The notes under the pieces are model-generated. The model searched no databases, was not told the DNA's origin, and saw only the letters and a program-made list of their open reading frames with translations. Below are positions 1-8,858 of a DNA stretch of 64,000 nucleotides, in pieces (position 1 is the stretch's first letter; each line of letters starts with the position of its first letter). The position numbers were made by a program, and so were the translations under genes. The DNA is from Nocardioides sp. (GTDB lineage: Bacteria > Actinomycetota > Actinomycetes > Propionibacteriales > Nocardioidaceae): the NCBI RefSeq assembly GCF_036267815.1, contig NZ_DATAVI010000065.1, positions 20,383-84,382 on the forward strand. Direction: 5' to 3'.

Positions 1-534
1 CTCCCGCCGGTCCGGGTCGCCCTGGTCAGTCCGGGACCGCGGCGCAACCAGCGGTACGCCGCCAACCCGCGCTATGCGCGGGCCTTCGCGACCCGGCTGG
101 TCCCGGCGCTCGCCGACGCGGTGCCGCTGTCGCACCCGCCCGTGCTGATGGGGCAGAGCCTCGGCGCTCTGGCCGCCCTGCACGCGGTGTGGACGAGTCC
201 GCACCTCTTCTCGGGTGCCTTCCTCCAGTCGGGGTCGTTCTTCACCGCCTCGCTCGACCCGCAGGAGTCCGGCTTCGAGCACTGGCGCGAGGTCACCGGC
301 TTCGTGGCCTCGGTCAGGGCGGCCGAGCAGGCCCCGCCGGATGCGCCGCCGACGACGCTGGTCTGCGGCACCGCCGAGGAGAACCACGCCAACAACCTCG
401 CCATCCGCGACCATCTCGCCGCGATCGGGATCGAGACCGGCTGGGGCGAGGTCCGCGACGGCCACACGTGGACCTGCTGGCGCGACACCCTCGATCCGCA
501 TCTGACCGCGCTGCTGCTCCGGGTCTGGGCGTGA
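1..534 (+). CDS. Alpha/beta-hydrolase esterase (enterochelin-esterase-like), 5'-truncated by window edge
   Basis: Frame 1 is open from base 1; nucleophile elbow GQSLG; C-terminal GHTWTCWR His motif. Confidence 0.8.
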   Translation, partial: LPPVRVALVSPGPRRNQRYAANPRYARAFATRLVPALADAVPLSHPPVLMGQSLGALAALHAVWTSPHLFSGAFLQSGSFFTASLDPQESGFEHWREVTGFVASVRAAEQAPPDAPPTTLVCGTAEENHANNLAIRDHLAAIGIETGWGEVRDGHTWTCWRDTLDPHLTALLLRVWA

Positions 535-628
535 TCGGCTCGACCCGCGCCGCTCGGCGCCGTCTCAGCGGCCTGTCGCGACGCGAGGTCACCGGGCACC
601 GGTGAGAGGGCAAGGTTAGGTTCGTCCG

Positions 629-1191
629 GTGACCACGCGGAGCGCGCTCGTCGGCGAGGAGTCCACCCACACACCAGCCACCGGGAGCTCAACGCCGTCC
701 GAGCGCGGCTGGGCGCTGGCGACGTCCCGTTCCTCGCTGTGTGCGGCGGGCTTCAGTACGCCGTCGTCGAGTACGCCCGGCACGTGCTGGGGCAGGGCGA
801 CGCGTCCCACGCGGAGGCGGACGGCGTCGGCGGCTCCAACGTCGTGGTCCCGCTCGCGTGCAGCCTCCAGGGCCAGGAGCGGGTCGTGACACCGGTGCCC
901 GGCTCGCGGTTCGCGACCCTCGTCGACGAGCCCTTCGTCGGGATGCACTTCTGTGGCTACGGTCCGGCGCCGGCAGCTTTGGAGCGTCTCGTGGCCGATG
1001 GCATGGTGGTCGGAGCCATCGCGGACGACGCCCCGGTCGAGGTCCTCGAGCTGCCGGGCCACCCGTTCTTCGTGCTCTCCCTCTTCCAGCCGCACATCGG
1101 AGCCTCGTCCGGCGATCCCGTGCACCCGCTCCTCATGGCCTTCTTCGAGGCGGCGCACGCGCATGCCGGCGTGCGCTACGGGAGGCTCTGA
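629..1191 (+). pseudogene. Degenerate stand-alone class I glutamine amidotransferase (CTP-synthase C-terminal-like)
   Basis: CGGLQYAVVEYARH and FFVLSLFQPH motifs in frame 739; the N-terminus MTTRSALVGEEST (629) is in another frame and joins HTSHRELN through a shift at CACACA (668-673); the GSPY oxyanion segment appears absent. Confidence 0.55.
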
Positions 1192-1193
1192 GC

Positions 1194-1940
1194 ATGGAGC
1201 GTCACCAGGTCGAGCTCGAGGCCCCCGGCCTCGACCGCGCCGGCACCGTGATCCGCTACGGCCACTACGGCCGGCCGGTCGTCGTGTTCCCGAGCGAGGC
1301 CGGGCGAGCCTGGGACTACGAGAGCAACGGCATGGTCGGGGCGGTCGCCGACCTGATCGACGCGGGGCGGGTCAAGCTCTACTGCATCGACAGCTTCGAC
1401 CACGCCAGCTGGTCCGACCGTGGCCTGCCGATCGAGGAGCGCGCGCGACGGCAGCAGGCCTACCAGGCGTGGGTCACCGAGCAGGTCGCGGCGCACGTCG
1501 GAGCGGACAGCGCCGGCGCGGGAGACGCGATCGCGACCGGCTGCTCGATGGGCGCCTACCACGCCCTCCAGATGGCCATGCAGCGCGCCGACCTGTTCCC
1601 GGTCGCGATCTGCCAGTCGGGCAACTACGACCCGGCGACGTGGCACGGATGGGGCGAGCGCGGCGACGCGGCGTACTTCACGAACCCCACCGACTACGTC
1701 CCCAACCTGCACGGCGACCACCTCGACTGGCTGCGGTCGCGACTGCACGTCGTGCTGACCGTGGGCCAGGGCGCGTGGGAGACCCACCCCACCGGCTCGC
1801 TCCCCAGCGCCCGCCACATGGCTCATCTCCTCGGCGAGAAGGGGATCTCCCACGAGCTCGACCTGTGGGGCCACGACGTCTCCCACGACTGGCCATGGTG
1901 GCGCCGCCAGCTCGCCCATCACCTCCCACGGTTCTGCTGA
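1194..1940 (+). CDS. Putative esterase (alpha/beta hydrolase)
   Basis: ATG 1194 follows the upstream stop; GCSMG elbow; HDWPWW His motif. Confidence 0.85.
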   Translation: MERHQVELEAPGLDRAGTVIRYGHYGRPVVVFPSEAGRAWDYESNGMVGAVADLIDAGRVKLYCIDSFDHASWSDRGLPIEERARRQQAYQAWVTEQVAAHVGADSAGAGDAIATGCSMGAYHALQMAMQRADLFPVAICQSGNYDPATWHGWGERGDAAYFTNPTDYVPNLHGDHLDWLRSRLHVVLTVGQGAWETHPTGSLPSARHMAHLLGEKGISHELDLWGHDVSHDWPWWRRQLAHHLPRFC

Positions 1941-2010
1941 GGGCGACCATGCCGTGCGGCAGCCAAACGACACGGTTTCCGTGCCGGCGACCGGGAACTA
2001 GGGTCGCAGC

Positions 2011-3240
2011 ATGCCCGCGCAGAAGGACCACCTGATCGGACTCCTGCTCGGCGCGGAGGAGGACTGGCCGCAGGCCTTCGAGCAGATCCTGCGGTTCGTA
2101 GGGCCGCTTGACGCCGGCGGCACGCAGCACCGGATGGCCAGCGAGCGACTCACGATCGAGCCGTTCGACCTGACCGACCCGGTGCGCACCGACCTGGTCA
2201 TCGACCGCCTCGCCCACTGGTACTTCCATCCTCGCGAATGGTTGAAGAAGGCGGCGCTGGTCAACGGCACCTACCTGCTCAACAGTCCCTTCACCTTCCA
2301 GTCGATGGAGAAGCACTCGGCGTACTGCGCGATGATCCGGCTCGGGCTGAAGGTCCCGCCGACGATCCTGGTGCCGTACAAGAACCCCCTCGACAACGTC
2401 CGGTGGGCCTACACCGCGGCGACGTACAACAAGCCCTTCGACCTCGACGTCCTCGCGGCCGAGCTGGGCTACCCGCTCTACATGAAGCCGTTCGACGGCG
2501 GGGGCTGGCGTGGCGTGAGCCGCGTCGACGACCCGCAGGACCTGCACACGGCGTACGACGACTCCGGCGAGATGCTGATGCACCTTCAGGCGACCGTCGA
2601 GTACGAGCACTTCGCCAGGGCCCTGTCGATCGGCCCCGAGACGATGGTGATGGACTTCCGGCCCGAGGAGCCGATGCACCAGCGGTACCACGTCAGCCAC
2701 GGCTTCCTCGGCGAGTCGGCCGGCAAGCAGGCGGTGGCGGTCTCGCGGATCGTGAACGCCTTCTTCCACTGGGAGTTCAACTCCGCGGAGATGCTGGTCC
2801 AGGGCGACGAGGTCTACCCGATCGACTACGCCAACGCGTGTCCGGACGTCGCCCTCACCAGCCTGCACTACTACTTCCCGTGGGCGATCTCGGCCCTGGT
2901 GAAGTGGTCGGCGTACTGCCTGGTCACCGGTCGCAGGCCGAACGTCGACCTCGAGATGACGCGGTACTTCGAGGTCGCCGACTCCGACCGGACCTACGAC
3001 GAGAAGCTCGACGCCTACCTGGCTCTGGCCGACGAGCACTTCGAGACCGAGCGCTACCACGCGTGGTGCGCCGAGCACCTCGGCCATCTCGACGGACTCG
3101 TGCGCGAGTGGGTCAGCGGCGCTGACTTCGACCGGCTCCTGGTCGAGACCGTGCGCGCGACCTATCCCGTCCACGAGCAGGAGAGGTTCGTCGCCCACTT
3201 CCGCGGCCTGCTCGGCATGTGGGTCGCCGACCAGGGCTGA
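2011..3240 (+). CDS. ATP-grasp domain protein (RimK/glutathione-synthase-like amide ligase)
   Basis: YPLYMKPFDGGGWRGV ATP-binding loop; YPIDYANACPD metal-binding motif. Confidence 0.8.
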   Translation: MPAQKDHLIGLLLGAEEDWPQAFEQILRFVGPLDAGGTQHRMASERLTIEPFDLTDPVRTDLVIDRLAHWYFHPREWLKKAALVNGTYLLNSPFTFQSMEKHSAYCAMIRLGLKVPPTILVPYKNPLDNVRWAYTAATYNKPFDLDVLAAELGYPLYMKPFDGGGWRGVSRVDDPQDLHTAYDDSGEMLMHLQATVEYEHFARALSIGPETMVMDFRPEEPMHQRYHVSHGFLGESAGKQAVAVSRIVNAFFHWEFNSAEMLVQGDEVYPIDYANACPDVALTSLHYYFPWAISALVKWSAYCLVTGRRPNVDLEMTRYFEVADSDRTYDEKLDAYLALADEHFETERYHAWCAEHLGHLDGLVREWVSGADFDRLLVETVRATYPVHEQERFVAHFRGLLGMWVADQG

Positions 3241-3257
3241 CCGATCCACGGGGGACC

Positions 3258-3359
3258 GAGGTCGCACCGGCATGCTGGGCGCACCTCGAGCGGCTGCAAC
3301 GCAGCCGGCGTGCGCGCATCGCGGCGCGCAGCAGGCGGGATTGATCAGCGCTTCCCTAG
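3258..3359. mobile_element. Partial (right-half) copy of the 164-bp CTAG-ended MITE
   Basis: Aligns by eye with the right half of 40958-41121 and the reverse complement of 41949-42112; ends TTGATCAGCGCTTCCCTAG. Confidence 0.8.
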
Positions 3360-4267
3360 GGGTAGCGGATGCCGGTCGCTGCCTCGCTGAGCTCCCACAG
3401 GCGTCGCGCGGTCTCGGGGTCGCGCGCCAACGGCGTGCACCCCACGACGGCGGGTGGACCGTAGGCCTGGCCCGGCCCCGAGGGGCCGCAGTACGTCGAG
3501 CCGGGGAGGTCGGCGGTGGCGGCCATCAGGGTCGGCCACGCACCGGCCGCGGGGGACTGCGCGACCCGGCGGTTGACCGCATCCAGGATCGAGGCGACGC
3601 CGCCGCGGGGCCTGCCGAAGCGTCCGTTGGCGACCAGGTGCGTGCCGGCGTAGCCCGGGTGTGCGGCGAGCGCGGTCACCTCGATGCCGGCGGCCACGAG
3701 TCTGCGGTCGAGCTCGAACGTGAACAGCAGGTTGGCCAGCTTCGTGCGGGAGTAGGCAGGCCAGCGCCGGTAGCGCCGCGGCTGCTCCCGTGGGTCGCCG
3801 AGGGGGGCACTCCTGGCGAGCCGGTGCATCTGGCTGGACACGGTGACCACCCGCCCTCCCGCCCGGACCCGTGGCAGCAGCAGACCGGTGAGCAGGAAGG
3901 GGCCGAGATGGTTGGTCGCCAGCTGGCTCTCGAAGCCGTCCTCGGTGGCGGAGTACGGCGGAGCCATCACCCCGGCGTTGTTGACCAGGATGTCCAGCGG
4001 CTCGGCGAGCTCCTCGGCGGCGCGGCGTACCGAGCCCAGTGAGGCGAGGTCGACGACGAGCCGAGCCAGATCAGCGGAGGCCACCTGCTCGCGTACGGCG
4101 TCCTCGGCCTCGGCGAGCCGGTCCGGGTTGCGACCCGCCAGGACCACGCGGGCGCCGGCACGCGCGAGCTCCAGAGCCGTGTGATGTCCGATGCCGCCGA
4201 GGCTCACGCCGGTGACCAGAACCGTGCGCCCCGTCTGGGCCGGGATCTCCGAGACTGTCCAGGTCAC
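3356..4267 (-). CDS. Short-chain dehydrogenase/reductase (retinol-DH/protochlorophyllide-reductase-like)
   Basis: TGVSLGGIG Rossmann motif, NNAGVM, YSRTK catalytic YxxxK. Confidence 0.9.
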   Translation of the reverse strand: MTWTVSEIPAQTGRTVLVTGVSLGGIGHHTALELARAGARVVLAGRNPDRLAEAEDAVREQVASADLARLVVDLASLGSVRRAAEELAEPLDILVNNAGVMAPPYSATEDGFESQLATNHLGPFLLTGLLLPRVRAGGRVVTVSSQMHRLARSAPLGDPREQPRRYRRWPAYSRTKLANLLFTFELDRRLVAAGIEVTALAAHPGYAGTHLVANGRFGRPRGGVASILDAVNRRVAQSPAAGAWPTLMAATADLPGSTYCGPSGPGQAYGPPAVVGCTPLARDPETARRLWELSEAATGIRYP

Positions 4268-4277
4268 GCCGACGAGC

Positions 4278-4706
4278 CTACGTCGCGGTGAGCCTGTGAC
4301 GGCCGGAGGCGACGACGTTCCCGGCGTACGTCGTGGGCGGGCACCCTGGGCCGTCGGGCCGGTGCTTGGGGCGTGACCCCGGTCTGGCCGTCGAGGAGGA
4401 CGCGGCCTGCGCGCGTGGGGATCGTGACCCTCACGACCACCGGCGACGCGTCGTGAGCCGGCCGATCCCCACCGTGAACAGGCGCAGGCGATGCCGCAGG
4501 CTCAGACCCGTCCGGCAGGAGCCCGCCAGGCAGGCGCGCACGTCGAGCCTCGGCTCTGGGTGCGGGCGGGCGGACCGGTAGCAGACCTGGACACCGCTGA
4601 CCGACCCCACCAGCGAGCAGCTCCTGCCGCCCACCGAGGGCACGCGGCAGCCGAGCAGCAGGACCGACACCCCCGCCGGCCCCAGGAGCCGCCTGGGCGC
4701 AGCCAC
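4278..4706 (-). pseudogene. Probable frameshifted lipoprotein gene
   Basis: Lipobox-like LLLGC N-terminus, middle PVVVRVTIPT...GVTP and C-terminal PDGPGCPPTTYAG lie in three different frames (shifts near 4450 and 4355). Confidence 0.5.
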
Positions 4707-4834
4707 CTGCCCAATGTCCCAGGAGCGAGGTCGCCCAAGTCGGCAAACCGCCTCGGCGGGCCGGTCCACCGACGTACGATCGGCCGACTCTGCGGACGCG
4801 TCGAGTCCTCTCGGGACCGGGCAAGGAGGCCGAC

Positions 4835-6136
4835 ATGCGACGCTGGGTGGTCAGCGGCCTGTGGACCGCGGGCATCGTGGTCCTGCTGGTCGGTGGCTTC
4901 CTCGCGAACTCCCTGGTGAAGCCGCCACCGCCGGCGGCCTACACGGGCCGGGTGGCCTTGGACGAGCCCGGCTACTCCTCCAACGGCACCTTGGAGAAGC
5001 CCAGCCGCGCCGACCTGACCACGGTGCAGACGGCGCTGCGAACCCGTGCCCACGCGATCCTCGACGGCGACCGCGCGGCGTTCCTCGGTGTCGTGGACGG
5101 CGACCGGTCAGCCTTCGCCAAGGAGCAGCGCACGGTCTGGCAGAACACCCGCCAGCTGCACTTCCAGATGCTCAGCTACACCTACGACGGCCTGGTCGAG
5201 CCCGACGCGCCCCTGCACACGCCGTCGTTCCTGGCACAGGTGACGACGACCTACGAGCTGAAGGGCTTCGACACCGCCCCGATCCAGGTCGACGACGGCT
5301 TCACCTTCGTCAAGCAGGACGGCACCTGGAAGCTCGCCAGCGTCACCGACGCCGCGAGCCAGTTCAACGCCAAGACGCTGCCCGTCCCGTGGGAGGGCGC
5401 GCCGATCCGGGCCTACGGCGACGCCGACTACCTCGCGATCGTCGACCGCGGGCAGGGCGCACTCGCTCGGCATCTCGTGGCGCTGTGCCATGAGGCGAAC
5501 ACCGCCGCGGGCCTTCTGCTCGGGTCGCAGAACACCCGGCCGACCGTCGTGCTGGCCACCACCCACTCCCGCGGGTTCGCGAAGTTCTCCGGCCCCGACG
5601 CGTTGGCGGTGACCTATCGCCTGCCCACCGCCGACGGGCTGCTCTCGGGCTGGCGGCTCGTGCTCAATCCCGAGTACGTCGAGCGGGTGGCACGGGACCC
5701 CGTCGTCCTCACCCACGAGCTGACGCACCTGGCGACGCAGAGCTACCTGCCCTACCTCCCGGCCTGGCTCGCCGAGGGCACCGCGGAGTATGTCGGCTGG
5801 CACACCGCAGGCGGCCTGGCCGCACAGGCGCGGTGGCGCGGGTACACCTCGGCGCGCAGCCTGCCAGACCTGCTCCCGATCTCGGCGAACTTCTACCTCC
5901 AGCACGTCGAGCTCAACTACGTCCAGGGGATGGCGCTGGTGACCTGGATCGAGCAGCACCGCGGCAGCCACGCGGTACTGGCGCTGATGAAGGCCTACAC
6001 CGCCGAGGGGACGGGGAACCCGTCCTTCGACCCGGACGTGGCCACCGAGCACGTGCTCCGCTCGACCCTGGGGATGTCGAGCGCGGAGCTGGCACGCGAG
6101 GCGTACGCCGGGCTGAACGCGGTCGCCGGGACCTGA
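4835..6136 (+). CDS. Membrane-anchored/secreted protein with a gluzincin-like metallopeptidase motif
   Basis: N-terminal hydrophobic helix; HELTH followed by PAWLAEGTAEY. Confidence 0.7.
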   Translation: MRRWVVSGLWTAGIVVLLVGGFLANSLVKPPPPAAYTGRVALDEPGYSSNGTLEKPSRADLTTVQTALRTRAHAILDGDRAAFLGVVDGDRSAFAKEQRTVWQNTRQLHFQMLSYTYDGLVEPDAPLHTPSFLAQVTTTYELKGFDTAPIQVDDGFTFVKQDGTWKLASVTDAASQFNAKTLPVPWEGAPIRAYGDADYLAIVDRGQGALARHLVALCHEANTAAGLLLGSQNTRPTVVLATTHSRGFAKFSGPDALAVTYRLPTADGLLSGWRLVLNPEYVERVARDPVVLTHELTHLATQSYLPYLPAWLAEGTAEYVGWHTAGGLAAQARWRGYTSARSLPDLLPISANFYLQHVELNYVQGMALVTWIEQHRGSHAVLALMKAYTAEGTGNPSFDPDVATEHVLRSTLGMSSAELAREAYAGLNAVAGT

Positions 6137-6147
6137 CCCCCGGACTC

Positions 6148-6591
6148 TCAGGCCCCGGCCGCGTCCAGGTCGACGGGGTCGCCGACCTGGACCGTGCCTC
6201 CCTCCAGCACGCGACACAGGGAGCCGGCGCGCCCGCGCAGCACCTCCTTGACCCCGGGGCCGATCGCGTCGTCGAGTCGCTGGCACGGCTGGCGGATGCA
6301 CACGACCTCGAGCAGCACCGGCCCGACGCGGATCAGGCGACCCGGAGCAGTCGGGACCTCGCCCTCGTCGATCGTCAGGTTCCGCCGGGTGAGTCCGACC
6401 GGGACCGGCGCGCCGTACTCCGAGGCGGCGTGGGCCAGCGCCGCCGCGCTCTGCACCGTGACCTGGCGGAAGCCGGTGCCGTGGTAGCGGTCGCCGACGA
6501 TGCCCTTGCCCGTCTCGACCTCCACCGACGTGCGCTCCTGCATCGGCAGCCGGGCGGCCCTCGCGACGTAGATCCTCACCAGCCTCGACAC
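6148..6591 (-). CDS. MOSC domain protein
   Basis: GIVGDRY, RRNL, PCQRL and RAGSLCRVLEGG motifs; GTG start at 6591. Confidence 0.85.
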   Translation of the reverse strand: MSRLVRIYVARAARLPMQERTSVEVETGKGIVGDRYHGTGFRQVTVQSAAALAHAASEYGAPVPVGLTRRNLTIDEGEVPTAPGRLIRVGPVLLEVVCIRQPCQRLDDAIGPGVKEVLRGRAGSLCRVLEGGTVQVGDPVDLDAAGA

Positions 6592-6657
6592 GGTGGTGAG
6601 GGTACGGCGACGGGCCGGGGAGCGGAGGCGCTGTCCGAGCACCAGGCCTGTCGGCGA

Positions 6658-6801
6658 TTGGGCACAGGCGCGCGGGATCGGTACGATCATCGAGTCAGCG
6701 GCCCGCCGAAGGCGAGCCGCTTCTCTCATGCCCGGTGTGGCGCGGGAATCACCCGCAAGGCCAGTGATCGGGCGCCAACCCGATCGCAAGGAAGCCTTCG
6801 C
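6658..6801 (+). promoter_or_regulatory. Putative promoter (TTGGGC-N18-TACGAT) and structured 5' leader of the helicase gene
   Basis: Hairpin at 6698-6720; nested long stem at 6730-6773. Confidence 0.5.
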
Positions 6802-8109
6802 ATGTCCGCCTTCTCCGAGCTGCCCAGCGAGCTCGTCAACGCCCTGTCCGACCAGGGCATCGTCACGCCGACCGCCGTGCAGGACGCCGTCGTCCCCGAC
6901 GCACTGGCCGGCCACGACGTCCTCGGCCGAGCCCGGACCGGCTCCGGCAAGACGCTGGCCTTCGGCCTGCCGATCCTGACCCGCCTGGCCGGTCGGCGGT
7001 CCCGCCCGTGCCACCCGCGGGCGCTCATCATCGTGCCGACCCGCGAGCTGGCGAACCAGGTCGCGCGGGCCGTGCAGCCGCTGGCCGCGACCCTCGGCCT
7101 GAAGCTGACCACGGTCTACGGCGGCACGCCGTACGAGAAGCAGACCCGGCAGCTGCGTCAGCGCGCCGATCTGGTGGTCGCCACCCCCGGTCGGCTGGAG
7201 GACCTGTTCGAGAACGGCTACCTGTTCTTCGACGACATCGAGATCACCGTCCTCGACGAGGCCGACCACCTCTGCGACCTCGGCTTCTACCCCGCCGTCG
7301 ACAAGCTGGTCGGGCTCACCCCGACGGGCAGCCAGCGCCTCCTGCTGAGCGCCACGCTGGACGGCGACGTCGACCTGCTGGTGCGCACCCACCTGCGCGA
7401 GCCGCGGGTGCACGAGCTCGACCCGAGCTCCGGGTCGGTGACCACCATGGCCCACCACACGCTGACCGTCGGCGGCTTCCGCGACAAGGTCGAGGCGCTG
7501 ACCCGCCTCGTCGAGGCCAACGGGCGCACGATCGTCTTCACCCGCACCCGCGAGGGCGCGACCCAGATCGCGGAGGCCCTCACCGGAGCCGGAGTGCCGG
7601 CCGTCGACCTCCAGGGGAGCCTCTCCCAGCGCGTGCGCGAGCGGAACCTCGAGCGCTTCACCAACGGCGGGGCCCGCGTGGTCGTGGCCACCGACGTGGC
7701 CGCCCGCGGCATCCACGTCGACGACGTCGGCCTGGTCGTGCACTTCGACGCCGCCGGCGACGCCAAGTCCTACCTGCACCGCAGCGGCCGTACGGCGCGC
7801 GCCGGACAGGACGGCTGCGTCGTCACCCTGACCACCGCCCGCGCCGTCCACCAGGTCGTCCGGCTCCAGCAGAGCGCCGGGGTCGAGGTGCTCCACCACG
7901 ACCTGCGCACCGCCCCGCGCCCGATGACCGCCGAGGCACTCGCGGAGTCCGGACACCCCGGACCCGTCCACTCCGAGGACCGCGGGCGGCCGCAGTCCCG
8001 CCCTGCGGTACGCCGCGGTCCGCGGCCGCCGTACCGCGGTCAGAGCCGTCGTCCCAGTGGTCCGTCCGCCGGCCGTCGCGACCGCAGCAAGCTCCCGACA
8101 GCCCGGTAG
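6802..8109 (+). CDS. DEAD/DEAH-box RNA helicase
   Basis: GSGKT, PTRELA, DEAD, SAT, HRSGRTAR; basic C-terminal tail. Confidence 0.95.
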   Translation: MSAFSELPSELVNALSDQGIVTPTAVQDAVVPDALAGHDVLGRARTGSGKTLAFGLPILTRLAGRRSRPCHPRALIIVPTRELANQVARAVQPLAATLGLKLTTVYGGTPYEKQTRQLRQRADLVVATPGRLEDLFENGYLFFDDIEITVLDEADHLCDLGFYPAVDKLVGLTPTGSQRLLLSATLDGDVDLLVRTHLREPRVHELDPSSGSVTTMAHHTLTVGGFRDKVEALTRLVEANGRTIVFTRTREGATQIAEALTGAGVPAVDLQGSLSQRVRERNLERFTNGGARVVVATDVAARGIHVDDVGLVVHFDAAGDAKSYLHRSGRTARAGQDGCVVTLTTARAVHQVVRLQQSAGVEVLHHDLRTAPRPMTAEALAESGHPGPVHSEDRGRPQSRPAVRRGPRPPYRGQSRRPSGPSAGRRDRSKLPTAR

Positions 8110-8126
8110 CACGCCGGCTCGGCCCG

Positions 8127-8729
8127 TCAGCCTCGAGCGAGCTGGGAGGCGATCGTCAGCATCGTGAGCCCGATCAGTACGTCGAGCACCTGCCAGGCGC
8201 GCGGGCGGGCGAGCAGCGGGGCGGCCAGCCGCGCGCCGTACCCCAGCCCGGTGAACCACACGATGCTGCCGGCGGCCGCCCCCGCGGCGAACCACCACTT
8301 GCCGGTCGGTCCGTGGTGGGCCGCGATCGAGCCGAGCAGGAGCACGGTGTCGAGATAGACGTGCGGGTTGAGCCAGGTCAGGGCCACCGCCTGCCCGAGC
8401 GCTCCACGCAGCCGCGGCTCGGTCTGCGACGACGCGGAGAGGGCCTCGGCCCGCCGGGCCCGCCACAGTGACCGCACGCCGTACGCCGCGAGGAAGGCGA
8501 CGCCGAGCCAGCGGACGACGGTGAGAGCCGTCGGAGCGTGCTGCACGATCGCGCCGATGCCCGCCACCCCACCCGTGATCAGCACCAGGTCGGAGGCGGC
8601 GCAGACGGCGACCACCGGCCCGACGTACTGCCGGAGCAGGCCCTGCCGAAGCACGAACGCGTTCTGCGCGCCGATGGCCACGATCAAGGACAGTCCGGTC
8701 AGCAGACCGGCGACGAGGGCCGCGAGCAT
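8127..8729 (-). CDS. LysE/ArgO family amino acid exporter
   Basis: LIVAIGAQNAFVLRQGL and TWLNPHVYLDT motifs. Confidence 0.9.
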   Translation of the reverse strand: MLAALVAGLLTGLSLIVAIGAQNAFVLRQGLLRQYVGPVVAVCAASDLVLITGGVAGIGAIVQHAPTALTVVRWLGVAFLAAYGVRSLWRARRAEALSASSQTEPRLRGALGQAVALTWLNPHVYLDTVLLLGSIAAHHGPTGKWWFAAGAAAGSIVWFTGLGYGARLAAPLLARPRAWQVLDVLIGLTMLTIASQLARG

Positions 8730-8858
8730 CCCGTGAGACTAGTGACGCCTGTGCGTGGCAAACCGTTGGCCCTGGCGGCGTGAACGATCCAGGGGGTTGT
8801 CCGCGCGCCCCACTAGGGTGTGCCTGCGACGGGCTCACTTCTTGGGGAAAGGCAGCTC

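Noticed and set aside
8730-8858. LysE exporter lacking its usual divergent LysR/ArgP; CACTTCTTGGGG matches the repeat-2 core end
   Set aside because: Orphan lysE genes are common, and the 12-bp match is too short to call a repeat copy
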